A stretch of DNA of 64,000 nucleotides from Pristiophorus japonicus (taxonomy: Eukaryota), in contig NC_091979.1 in the NCBI RefSeq assembly GCF_044704955.1, positions 232,004,001 to 232,068,000 on the forward strand. The letters are read 5' to 3'. Made by a program: the position numbers and the translations under genes. The notes under the pieces were generated by a model. The model was not told where the DNA came from, made no database searches, and worked only from the letters and a program-made list of their open reading frames with translations. Shown piece after piece: positions 48,511 through 60,886 of the stretch; within the stretch, counting starts at the first letter, position 1; each line of letters starts with the position of its first letter.

Positions 48511-51500
48511 ATAAGAACATAAGAATTAGGAGCAGGAGTCGGCCATTCGGTCCCTCGAGCCTGCTCCATCATTCAATAAGATCATGGCTGATCTTTTAGC
48601 TCAACTGCACTTTCCTGCACTGTCCCCATATCTTTTGATTCCCTTAATATCCAAAAATCTATCGATCTCTGTTTTGAATATACTCAAAGACTGAGCATCC
48701 ACAGTTCTCTGAGGCAGAGAATTCCAAAGATTCACCACCCTCGGAGTGAAGAGATTTCTCCTCATCTCAGTCCTAAATGGCCGACCCCTTATTCTGAGAC
48801 TGTGACCCCTGGTTCTCGAATCCCCAGCTAGAGGACACATCCTCCCTGCATCTACCCTGTCAAGCCCTATAAGAATTTTGCATGTTTCAATGAGATCACC
48901 TCTCATTCTCCTAAACTCTCGATAATATAGCCTAGTCTGCTCAATCTCTCCTCATTGGACAATCCCCCCATCCCATGAATCAGTCTGGTGAACCTTCGTT
49001 GCACTCCCTCTATGGCAAGTATATCCTTCCTTGGGTAAGGAGACCAAAACTGTACACAATACTCCAGATGCGGTCTCACCAGGGTCCTATATAATTACAG
49101 TAAGACATCTTTACTCTTATACTCAAATCCTCTTGTGATAAAGGCCAATATACCATTTGCTTTCTTAATTGCTTGCTGTACCTGCATGTTAATGTTCAGT
49201 GATTCGTGTACAAGGACACCCAGGTCCCTCTGAACACCAACATTTCCCAATCTCTCACTGTTTTAAAAAAAATACTCTGCTTTCCTATTTTTCCTACCAA
49301 AGTGGATAACTTCACATTTCTCCACAATATATTCCATTTGCCATGTTCTTGCCCACTCACTTAGCCTGTCTATATTCCCTTGAAGCCTCTTTGCATCCTC
49401 CTCACAACTTACATTCCCACCTAACTTTGTATCATCAGCAAACCTGGATATATTACATTTGGTCCCCTCATCCAAATCATTGATATAGATTGTGAATAGC
49501 TGAGGCCCAAGCACTGATCCTTGCGGTACCCTAGTAGTTACAATCTGCCAACCCAAAAATGACCCGTTTATTCCTACTCTCTGTTTTCTGTCCGTTAACC
49601 AATCCTCAAGCCATACTAGTATATTACCCTCAATCCCCTGAGCCCTAATTTTGTTCAGTAACCTCTTGTGTGGCACCTTATCGAATGCCTTCTGAAAATC
49701 CAAATACACCACATCCATTGGTTTCCCCTTATCTATTCTGCTAGTTACAACCTCAAAAAACTCTAACAGGTTCATCAACCATGATTTCTCTTTAATAAAT
49801 CTTTGTTGACTCTGCCCAATCCTATTATTATTTTCTAAGTACCCTGTTACCACGTCCTTAATAATAGATTCTAGCATTTTCCCCACTACTAATGTCAGGC
49901 TAACTGGTCTGTAGTTCCCCGTTTTCTCGCTCACTCCTCCCTTAAATAGTGGGGTTACATTTGCTACCTTCCAATTCGCGGGAACCATTCTAGAAACTGG
50001 AATTTTGGAAGATGACAACCAATGCATCCACTATCTCTATAGCCATCTCTTTCAAAACCCTAGGACGTAGGCCATCAGCTCCAGAGGATTTATCACCTTT
50101 CAGTTCCATTAATTTCTCCTGTACTATTTGTGTACCAATACTAATTGCTTTCAGTTCCTCATTCTCGCTTTACGTTTGGTTCTCTACTATTTCCGTGAAG
50201 ACAGACACAAAGTATTTGTTTAATTTCTCTGCCATTTCTTTATCCCCCATTATAATTTCTCCTGTCTCAGTCTGTAAGGGACCCACATTTACTTTTGCGA
50301 ATGTTTTCCTTTTTACTAGCTTTTACTATCTGTTTTTATGTCTCTCGCTAGTTTACTCTCTATTTTCCCTTTTTTTATCAATTTCTTGGTCGTCCTTTGC
50401 TGAATTCTAAAATCCCCCCCAATCCTCAGGCTTTACTGTTTTTTTTGGGCAACATTATAAGCTTCTTCCTTTGATCTAATTCTATCTTTAACTTCTCTTG
50501 TTAGTCACGGTTGGACCACATTTCGTGTGGGGCTTTTGTGCCTTAAAGGAATGTATATTTGTTGTAAATTATGTATTAATTCTTCAAATGCTAGCCATTG
50601 CTTGTCTACCATCATACCTTTTTAATGTAGTTTCCCAATCTACCTTAGCAAACTCGCCCCTCATATCTGCGCAGTTTGCTTTGTTTAGATTTAAGACCCT
50701 AGTTTCTGATTTAACTAAATCACTCTCAAACTTAATCTAAAATTTTATCATACTATGGTCACTCTTCCTTAAGGGCCCCTTTATTCCAAGGTTATTAATT
50801 AACCCTTTTTCATTGCACAATACTAGATCTAAAATAGCCCATTCCCTAGTTGGTTCCTCAACATACTGATCTAGAAAACTATCTTGTACACATTCCATGA
50901 ATTATATTACTGCATATTTGGTTTGCCCAGTCTATATGTGGATTAAAGACCCCCATGATTACTGTATTACATGTGCCTCTAATTTCCTGATTTATACTCT
51001 ACCCGACATTACAACTACTGTTTGGAGGTCTATAAACTACTCCCACCAATTTTTTCTGCTCCTTGCTGTTTCTTAGCTCCACTCGAACTGGTTCTACTTC
51101 TTGATTTTTGGAGCAAAGATCCTTTCTCTCTACTGTCTTTATCCCATCCTTTATTATCAGGGCTACCCCGTCTCCTTTTCCATTTTTCCTACCTCTTCTC
51201 AAAGTTAAGTATCCTGGAATATTTAGTTCCCAACTGTGGTCACTTTGCAACCACATCTCCGTAATGGCAATTAGATCAAACGTATTAATTTCTATCTGTG
51301 CTATTAATTTATTTATTTTTGTTGTGAATGCTTCGTGCTTTCATATATAGTGCCTTTAGCTTTGACTTTTTTCTATTTTTCCCTGATGTCACCTTAGTCA
51401 CTGATGCCTATGAACTTTGTTACTCTCTCTGGCCCTTCTTGACCCACTCTGTTTATTTTTGCCCAAAACTCTGCTCTGCTCTAGAGCCTTGACATTTCTC

Positions 51501-52749
51501 TTGCTGCTTTTAAATTTACTCTTTGCTCAATTCTCCCAACCCCCACCCCCCCACTTCATTAGCTTAAAGTCCTGTCTACTGCTCTAGTTATTCGAATCGC
51601 CAGGGCACTGGCTCCAGCCTGGTTTAAATGGAGCCCATCCCAACGGAACAGCTCCCTCTTTCCCCAATACTGTGCCAGTGGCCCAAGAAGCAAAACCCCT
51701 GCCTCCCACACCACTCTCTGAGCCACGCATTTAAGCTTCTAATCTGCTTGTCCCTATACCAATTGGCGCGTGGCTCGGATAACAATCCAGAGATTATTAC
51801 CTTTAAGGTTCTGCTTTTTAATTTGGACCCCCAACTCCTCAAACTCTCTCAGCAGAACCTCATTCCAAATTCTACCTATGTCGTTGGTTCCTACGTGGAC
51901 CACGACAACTGGATCTGCCCCTCCCCACTCCATGTTCTTCTCCAGCCGTGAGGAGATGTCTTTAACCCTGGAAACTCAGGCAACTCAGCCTTTGGAACTA
52001 CCGGTCGCAGTTGCAGAGAACAGTATCTATCCCTCTGACTATATTGTCCTTTACCACAACTACATTCCCTTTCACTCCCTGCACTTGCATGACCTCCTGC
52101 ACCATGGTCAGCTTGCTCATTCATCCTGCAGGCTTTTCCCTCATCCACACAGGCAGCAAGAACCTCATACCTATTGGATAACGACAAATGCTGATGCTCC
52201 TCCAGCACTGCACCTGGGGTCTCCTTACCTACCTGAGTTATAGTCACATCCTCCTGTCCCTGACCACTAACCATACCTGCACCACTACCTAACCTAAGGA
52301 GTGTGACTACCTCCTGGATCAAAGTGTCCAGGTAACTCTCCCCTCCCTGATGCCCCGCAATGTCTGTACTTCAGACTGCAGTTCAACAACTCCGAGCTGA
52401 AGTTGCTCAAGATGCAGGCCCTTACTGCAAACATGGTTGTCCGGGATCACAATGCTCTCCACAAACTCCCACATGCTGCAGCTGCGGCACACCACCTGCA
52501 CTGCCATCCCTATATCACCTTGTTCTACTTCATTAATCTTATTAAATTTGTATTTAAGTAACGTAGTTTACAGTTTAGTTTCTTGACAACTTATTTGATC
52601 TAGATTAAGTTATGGGCAATGAAATTAAGTATCTACCAGTAACACAAAGCACAACAAGTAGTGTAGGCAAAAGGTAGCAACTCCTTCCCCCTCTGCTCCA
52701 AATTCCCAAATAAAACACTGTTTAAGTGTACTCCGTTTAATCCCGCTCT
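48511..52749 (-). mobile_element. Near-full-length degenerate CR1 LINE (ORF1 Zn-finger/leucine zipper + SGNH esterase; ORF2 APE + RT)
   Basis: CRSCSMWE..HVCSK (ORF1); KVIISGLL..LNAWLREWC (esterase); GVVYRPPNS (APE); NYRPVSLT, LDFQKAFD, FADDTKL (RT); ATAAGAAC tail. Confidence 0.93.
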
Positions 52750-53919
52750 GTGCAGACCGCCTGTCTCGGTGTGTCACACTGTGTAAATAGGATAACTGAC
52801 GGGTCCCGGTGTGATACACTGTGTAAATAGGATAATTGACGGATCTCGGTGTGGTACACTATGTAAATAGGATAACTGATGGGTCCCAGTGCGATACACT
52901 GATATCTCACATGCGGTGTAAATAGGATAACTGACGGATCCCGGTGAGACACACTGACATTATTCATTTATGGCCCAACTGACCCGGGAATTTCCAAGTC
53001 GTAACGGTTCACGATTTCACAACAGATAACCATTACCCTGTTGAATAAACAGGAGCTCTGTACATTAACAGTGAGTGAGGCAACATCAACTTGCGTTTGT
53101 ATAGCACCTTTAATGTCAAAAAACATCCCAAGGTCCTTCACAGATGCGTAATCTGCGAAAAATTGACGAAAGCCAAAGAAGCAGATATTAGGGGTGGGGG
53201 TGTTAAAAGGCTTAGCCTAAGAGATGGGTCTTAAGGAGGGCCTCAAAGGAAGAGAGATTAAGACGTTTAGGAAGGGTATTCCAGAGCTTGGGGCTTAGAC
53301 CGTTGAAAGCTTGGTTGCCAATGGTAGGGCGAAGGAAGTGGGGGATGGACAAGAGGCCAGAGTTAGAGGAGTGTCAAATTCTCGGTAGTTGTAAGGATGG
53401 AGAGATGGGGGCGTGAGGGGTGTTAGACCATCAAGCGATTTGAACACGAGGGCGAGAATTCTAAATTTGAAGCGTTGGGGGACTGGGAGCTCATGCACAA
53501 GCGTGATGGGTGAGCGGGACGGTGCAGGATAGCATATGGGCAGCAGAGTCTTGGATGAGCTCGGGTTTGTGGAAGGTGGCGGATTGGAGGCCGGCCAGAA
53601 CCCCATTGGAAAAGTCAAGTCTGGGGATGACAAAGGCATCATTGAGGGTTTCAGCAGCAGATGGCTTGAGGCAGGGGCGGAGATGGGAAATGTTATGTTG
53701 GTGCAAGTAGGCGGTCTGTGAAGGATCCGATGCACAAATCGGAGTCAAATAATGTGCTAAGGTTGAAAGCGGTCTGTTTAATCATCGACGGTGGCCGGGA
53801 AGGGAGATGGAATTGGTGGCGGGGGTACGGAGTTTGTGGCAGAGGCCAAAGACGATGGGGTCAATATTTCTAATGTTTAAGTGGAACATTTTGCAGCACT
53901 GTCTGTCGACAACACACAG

Positions 53920-53936
53920 TTGAGGGGGTGGAGAGG

Positions 53937-53973
<37 letters not shown>

Positions 53974-54545
53974 GGTGGAGAGAGGGAGAGGGTGGAGAGA
54001 GGGAGAGGGTGGAGAGAGAGAGAGAGAGGGAGAGGGTGGAGAGAGAGAGAGAGAGGGAGAGGGTGGAGAGAGAGAGAGGGAGAGGGTGGAGAGAGAGAGA
54101 GGGAGAGGGTGGAGAGAGGGAGAGGGTGGAGAGGGTGGAGAGAGGGAGAGGGTGGAGAGAGGGAGAGGGTGGAGGGTGGAGAGAGGGTGGAGGGTGGAGA
54201 GAGGGTGGAGGGTGGAGAGAGGGAGAGGGTGGAGAGAGGGAGAGGGTGGAGAGAGAGAGAGGATGGAGAGGGAGAGGGTGGCGAGAGAGAGGGAGAGGGT
54301 GGAGAGAGAGAGGGAGAGGGAGATGGTGGAGAGGGAGAGGGTGGAGAGAGAGAGGGAGAGGGAGAGGGTGGAGAGAGAGAGGGAGAGGGTGGAGAGAGAG
54401 AGAGAGCGCGAGAGGGAGGGGGTGGAGAGAGAGAGAGAGTGAGAGGGGGGTTGCTGGAGAGAGAAAGAGAGAGAGGGGGGGCTGGAGAGAGAAAGAGAGA
54501 GGGGGTGGAGAAAGAGAAGGGGTGGAGAGAGAGGGGGTGGAGAAG
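53920..54545. repeat. GA-rich simple repeat GAGAGGGTGGA(GA)n
   Basis: Seen directly. Confidence 0.95.
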
Positions 54546-54573
54546 TCGAGCTTGGGTATCATCTTCAGACATG

Positions 54574-54699
54574 TGTTCGCTCTGGAGTCCCCCAGGGAAC
54601 TATCATGAGCCCATCCTCTTCCTGATCTACATGAGGCAGCATGTAGATCAGGAAGAGGATGGGCTCATGATCGTTCCCTGGGGGACTCCAGAGCGAACA
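54574..54699. repeat. 126-bp near-perfect palindrome (60-bp arms, 1 mismatch, 6-nt spacer)
   Basis: 54574-54633 is the reverse complement of 54640-54699. Confidence 0.95.
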
Positions 54700-55412
54700 A
54701 TGCAGGGGCAGGAAGAAGCCCTTGCTGTAGATGCCCCGGCTGCGACTCAATAGGTAAAAGTGGAACCAAGTGTGGGCAGTCCCACTCGGCTGGACACCAG
54801 CTGGAAGGTGCTGAGGATGATGGTCAGCCATGTCAAAGGCTGCAGACAGATGGAGAAGGATGAGGAAGGATAATGCACTGTACTCATAGTCACAGAGGAT
54901 GTTATTTGTGACTGGAATTAAGCTGTTTCAGTGCCGTGCTAGCCTGATTAGAGAGGTTCAAACATGGAGTTGCGGGAAAGATTGGCATGGATTTGAGATG
55001 CGACAACACTATCAAGGTGTCTGGAAAGGAGTTTGGAGATGGGGGCGGTAGTTTGCAAGAACGGAGGGTCAGGGAGTTTTTTTTGAGGATGGAAATGATG
55101 ACGGCAGGTTTGTAAGGGATGGGCAATAATACCTGAGGAGAAGGAACATATCGCAAGTTAGCTCACATGGGGGCAGGAATGGAAGTTCGGTGGTCAACAG
55201 TGGGAATGATGGTCTCCATCTTAGTGAAAAAGAAGTCTGTGAGCTCCTCGCAGTTGTTGAAGGTGAGGTGGGGGGGGTGGTTTCGGAGATGATTGGTCGT
55301 GGAAAGTAGAAGCTGGGGGCTATCTTCATTCCAGGATGATGCTGGATTAGTGAGCGGTTTTGGCAGAGCAGAATGAGGCCCAATATTGCTTGATGTGGTC
55401 CAGCCAGAAATG

Positions 55413-57057
55413 CTGAATAAACAGTGACTCTGTACAGTTACACAGTGAGTGATCCTTACCCTGAATAAACAGTGACTCTGTACAGTTACACAGTGAGTGA
55501 CCCTTACCCTGAATAAACAGTGACTCTGTACAGTTACACAGTGAGTGATCCTTACCCTGAATAAACAGTGACTCTGTACAGTTACACAGTGAGTGATCCT
55601 TACCCTAAATAAACAGTGACTCTGTACAGTTACAGTGAGTGATCCTTACCCTGAATAAACAGTGACTCTGTCCAGTTACAGTGAGTGACCCTTACCCTGA
55701 ATAAACAGTGACTCTGTACAGTTACAGTGAGTGACCCTTACCCTGAATAAACAGTGACTCTGTACAGTTACACAGTGAGTGATCCTTACCCTGAATAAAC
55801 AGTGACTCTGTACAGTTACACAGTGAGTGATCCTTACCCTAAATAAACAGTGACTCTGTACAGTTACAGTGAGTGACCCTTACCCTGAATAAACAGTGAC
55901 TCTGTACAGTTACAGTGAGTGACCCTTACCCTGAATAAACAGTGACTCTGTACAGTTACACAGTGAGTGACCCTTACCCTGAATAAACAGTGACTCTGTA
56001 CAGTTACAGTGAGTGATCCTTACCCTGAATAAACAGTGACTCTGTACAGTTACAGTGAGTGATCCTTACCCTGAATAAACAGTGACTCTGTACAGTTACA
56101 CAGTGAGTGATCCTTACCCTAAATAAACAGTGACTCTGTACAGTTACAGTGAGTGACCCTTACCCTGAATAAACAGTGACTCTGTACAGTTACAGTGAGT
56201 GACCCTTACCCTGAATAAACAGTGACTCTGTACAGTTACAGTGAGTGATCCTTACCCTGAATAAACAGTGACTCTGTACAGTTACAGTGAGTGACCCTTA
56301 CCCTGAATAAACAGTGACTCTGTACAGTTACAGTGAGTGATCCTTACCCTGAATAAACAGTGACTCTGTACAGTTACAGTGAGTGACCCTTACCCTGAAT
56401 AAACAGTGACTCTGTACAGTTACAGTGAGTGACCCTTACCCTGAATAAACAGTGACTCTGTACAGTTACACAGTGAGTGATCCTTACCCTGAATAAACAG
56501 TGACTCTATACAGTTACACAGTGAGTGATCCTTACCCTGAATAAACAGTGATTCTGTACAGTTACACAGTGAGTGATCCTTACCCTGAATAAACAGTGAC
56601 TCTGTACAGTTACAGTGAGTGACCCTTACCCTGAATAAACAGTGACTCTGTACAGTTACACAGTGAGTGACCCTTACCCTGAATAAACAGTGATTCTGTA
56701 CAGTTACAGTGAATGACCCTTACCCGAAATAAACAGTGACTCTGTACAGTTACAGTGAGTGACCCTTACCCTGAATAAACAGTGACTCTGTACAGTTACA
56801 GTGAGTGACCCTTACCCTGAATAAACAGTGACTCTATACATTTGCACAGTGAGTGACCCTTACCCTGAATAAACAGTGACGCTGTACAGTTACAGTGAGT
56901 GACCCTTACCCTGAATAAACAGTGACTCTGTACAGTTGCACAGTGAGTGACTCTTACCCTGAATAAACAGTGACTCTGTATAGTTGCACAGTGAGTGACC
57001 CTTACCCTGAATAAACAGTGACTCTGTACAGTTACACAGTGAGTGACCCTTACCCTG
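55413..57057. repeat. 46/48-bp minisatellite CTGAATAAACAGTGACTCTGTACAGTTA(CA)CAGTGAGTGACCCTTACC, ~35 units
   Basis: Direct periodicity. Confidence 0.97.
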
Positions 57058-58254
57058 CTGAACAACCAGGAGCTTTGTGATGTTACATGATATACAAATC
57101 GCGCCTGTTTTATTTGCCTATTTTAAAAGTTGTTGCTGTACTTCAGGTACGAGCTCATGAGCCACTGCTTCTGTCTATGGTGTAATGTACTGTACACCAA
57201 TCAGCAAATTAAGCTAAAAAACTGGGCTGTGGACACCTCTGTCCAAATATCAAAGGAATGTGCCCTTTGATCGGAAATTGTATAGAAATGTGAACATTTC
57301 AGTCCTTTCCTTTTGTACTAAAATAAGGTCTTGAGATTGAAAACTGAGCCTGGGGGTGAGGGGAGGGGAGGGAACGGAGAGGGAGGCATAAACCCTTGCG
57401 CTGAAAGGTTGGGGTTGGGGAGGGCTCAGTGTTGGTGGTCTGCGTGCCAATTTTAGCGTGGCAGGTTTTCGTGTGAATGGAAACTAAAAGCTATTAGTGT
57501 GTCCGTGAGTGTAGTGGTCCCCCAGGGGCAGAGTGAAAGGAGCTAGGTGGTGGGAACTCAGCAGGTTGTAGCTGGGTCTTTGCGGTGGTGGTGGGGGGGT
57601 GCGGGTGTCCTTTCAGGTGATCCGCAGCCTGTGTGGGATTGTGCTAACTGCTCCACCCCTGCATTGTGTCGTGTAATAAATGATTCTGAGCTTCAGAGGC
57701 CCGCTGGAGAGCACAGTGTACCAACTGGAGAATGGCTAATTCCAATCCCGCCCCCCGCCCTTAACCATGGATCCACTCACTGGATTGGGGTTAACCCATT
57801 CCTCCATTGAACCTGTGCACTTGATCCCCGTTGACTTGTTTTGATTTTTTTTTTCTCTAGCGTTTCAGCATCTGATGAGTGTAGCTTATTCACAAGTACA
57901 GGGTTTTTTTTCTGTACCAAAATTATGGATCTCTGCTCCTTCTCCTTACCCTCAACACCCTTCCCCACCCACCCACACTCTCACCCCCACCCTCGATGGC
58001 TCAGCTGGCTTACCCAGTCGGAAACTGAACCAATTAAACCAGGAGGAACTCGGGTGCTGGCCCTGATTTGTGCGGAGTTTGATGACTGAACAGGGGGCCA
58101 TTGGAGGGGGTCACAATTAGCCTCCGCACCTTGAGTGAGGAAAGGGAAGATGTAGTTTCCGCTTCCTGATTGCTCTCCACAGGCCTCTGCTGAAAGGTGT
58201 GTGTGTGTGTGCATTCAGGGTCTCCGTGTTCCACAGTGACTCTCATTATACCGA

Positions 58255-58457
58255 TGGAAATCTGGAATTTTCTCCCCCAAAAGACTGTGGGTCAATTGAA
58301 ATTTTCGAGACCGAGATGGATAGATTTTTGTCGGGTAAGAGTATCGCGGGATATGGAGCAAAGGCGGGTAAATGGAGTTGAGGTACAGATCAGCCATGAT
58401 CTAACTGAATGGTGGAGCAGGCTCGAGGGACTGAATGGTCTCCTCCTGTTCCTATGT
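58255..58457 (+). mobile_element. CR1 3' tail
   Basis: TGGAATT..CCCCAAAAG; GATCAGCCATGATC 3'UTR. Confidence 0.78.
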
Positions 58458-58648
58458 AGAATAGCTCCCTTTGCCAAACATTAAAGGGGTAAAAAGTGGG
58501 GTGCAGAGGTTCCTCCTCCTCTCCCCCCCCCCCCCCCCCCCCCACCCCCCAAACAAGAACAAAAAAATCCAGGAAATGAAAAAATGCCCTTTGTTTCAAA
58601 CCAAATTCACTTCTGTTTTTCAAAGTGCGTGTGCTTTCTCTCTTCCAG

Positions 58649-58714
58649 TTCTGTCATGACGGGGACTGCTTGCTGTGGGCACGCCTCACCTTTACGGATC
58701 TGGGACCTTCAGAG
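58649..58714 (+). CDS. Candidate 66-bp exon (phase 2-2: SVMTGTACCGHASPLRIWDLQ); could be UTR
   Basis: Acceptor TTTCTCTCTTCCAG and donor GAG|GTAAGG, both near consensus; unique sequence; frame-compatible with 33012-33215. Confidence 0.6.
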
Positions 58715-58805
58715 GTAAGGAATTCAAGAATCCAACCCCATGAGTAGCACAGCAGGCGTGGGGCTATTGCCCCTCGAGACCGCTGGAATCTTCTCCTTTG
58801 TTTCA

Positions 58806-59427
58806 GAAAAGAAAGAAGTTGGATTTCACAACCTCAGGATGTTCCAAAGCGCTTTACTCTATTAAATACTTTTTGAAGTGTAGTCACTGCTGTAATGGAG
58901 GAAACACGGCAGCCAATATGCGCACAGCAAGCTCCCACAAACAGCAATGTGATAATAACCAGCTAATCTGTTTTTAGTGATGTTGGTTGAGGGATGAATA
59001 TTGGCCAGGACAGCAGGGATAACTCCCCTGCTCTTCTTCGAAATAGTGCCATGGGATCTTTTGCGTCCACCTGAGAGAGCAGACGGGGCCTCGGTTTAAT
59101 GTCTCATCCGAAAGATGGCACCTCCGACAGTGCAGGGCTTCCTCAGTACTGCCCTTCCAACAGTGCAGCGCTCCTCTGTACTGCCCCTCCCGACAGTGCG
59201 GTGCTCCCTCAGTACTGCCCCTCCAACAGTGCGGCGCTCCCTCAGTACTGCCCCTCTGACAGTGCGGCGCTCTCTCAATACTGCCCCTCCCGACAGTGCG
59301 GCGCTCCCTCAGCACTGCACTGGAGTGTTGGCCTGGATTATGCGCTCAAGTGTCGGGAGTGGGCGTTGAACCCACAACCTTCTGACTCCGAGGCGAGAGT
59401 GCTACCCACTGGGCCACAACTGACACC
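58806..59427 (-). mobile_element. Deu-domain tRNA-SINE with internal ~6x 33-bp amplification (59128-59320)
   Basis: Full-length family match plus tandem CAGTGCGGCGCTCCCTCAGTACTGCCCCTCCGA. Confidence 0.9.
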
Positions 59428-60364
59428 CCCAGGTAAGACTGAGGAGGGTGAGGCGTTCTGCAATTTTGAGCTACTGGGAGTCGGAGATGGTGTAGTGAGC
59501 CTCCATTTCAATGCAGAGAGGCAGTAGAGTGTGTAGGAAGCTACAGCGGAAGAAGAGCTGAAAGCTCTGGGATTACTGACCATAGCAGTATTGACTGAAG
59601 TGAAGAGCAGAGGCTGGAGGTGAGGGATGGTGTGTCCTGTAACCACACCTGGACAATTCGAAGCTGGGAACGGCTTGTGAGGGTGAGTGAACACCGCATG
59701 AGGCAATGAAGCCAAAGAAAATTCATAGGCCATTTTCCACTGCGGAGGATGGATAGCTCAATGCAGCTGGGGGAGCTCGAGTCTGTCTGAATAACAAAGC
59801 TGTATTAACCAGGATTAGGAACACGGACAGACAGGGTTTGAGTTTATCTACTGAGGAGGCAAGCAGAGGCAATAGAAGGAGATTAGTCTTGTCTAGTAGT
59901 TTAATTTCTCTTTTAACTGGCGATCGCTCTTCATTTGACTGGCAGCTTGTGGAAGCGGTTTAATGTCAGACCCGCTGAGAAGGGCAAGAGCTAACAGATC
60001 TATTTGTAACAGACAGGTGTCAAGTTTAGGTGTTGGCTGAAGCTGCTCGAAGCGTGTGACAGGAAGTTGTAATCTTTTTCTCTCTTTCTTTGGTTTCTCT
60101 TCTCTCTGTGTTCTCTCACTCTCGCTCTCTCTCCATAATTTGTTCATCTCTCTCTCTCAGCTTCTTCTTTCTCTGTTTGTATCTCTCTCTTATCTTGTGC
60201 ATTTTTTTTTCTTTCACATTCTAGTATCTAACTTTATGTCCAACTAATAATTTCTCTCTCTTGCTATGTGAGTCCCTCTATTTTTCTTTTCTTTTTTTTA
60301 CTCTTTCCCTTTTTATTCGACTCTTTCATTCTTTCTGTTTCTCTTTTTCTGCTCATTGTTTATA

Positions 60365-60810
60365 TTGTCCTATGAGGATAGATCGAGTAGTATAGGCCTA
60401 TATTTTCTGGAGTTTAGAAGAGTGAGACGTGATCTCATTGAAACATACAAAATCCTTACAGGGCTTGACAGGGTAGATGCAGGGAGGATGTTTTCCCCTG
60501 GCCGGGGGGTGTCTAGAACCAGCGATCAGTCTCAGGATAAGGGGTTGGCCATTTTGGACTGAGATGAGGAAATATTTCTTCTCTGAAGATGGTGAATCTC
60601 TGGAATTCTCCACCCCAGTGGGCTGCGGAGGCTGAGTTGTTGAGTATATTCAAAGCTGAGATTGATAGATTCTTAGATATGAAGGGAATCTAGGGATATG
60701 GGGACAGTTCAGGAAAATAGAGTTGAGGTTGAAGATCAGCCATGATCTTATTGAATGGCAGAGCAGGCTCGAGGGGCCGAATGGCCAACTCCTCCTAATT
60801 ATTTTGTTCC
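60365..60810 (+). mobile_element. CR1 3' fragment
   Basis: LEFRRVRRDLIETYKILTGLDRVDAGRMF. Confidence 0.88.
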
Positions 60811-60886
60811 TTTCTTTTGCACTCTCTATTTCTACTTTACTCTCTTGCCCCCTCCCCCCCCCCTAAACTGTGGAACCATACACCAG

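Larger units (their letters stand above)
46720..52960. repeat. 40-bp minisatellite (CTGTGTAAATAGGATAACTGACGGATCTCGGTGTGATACA) in three pieces: ~46720-46785, 48463-48510, ~52765-52960
   Basis: Same unit flanks both CR1 insertions and the MITEs. Confidence 0.8.
53085..55410 (-). mobile_element. L2 LINE, old, interrupted by a GA-rich tract and a palindromic duplication
   Basis: L2 tail at 53085; FKFRILALVFKSLDGL; AETLNDAFVIPRLDFSN; degenerate GVPQG region. Confidence 0.82.

Noticed and set aside
53870-54753. Pro/Ser- and Glu/Arg-rich ORFs
   Set aside because: GA simple repeat inside an L2.
33410-57057. Regular repeat arrays as CRISPR-like loci
   Set aside because: Head-to-tail units with no unique spacers, no cas genes, vertebrate context.
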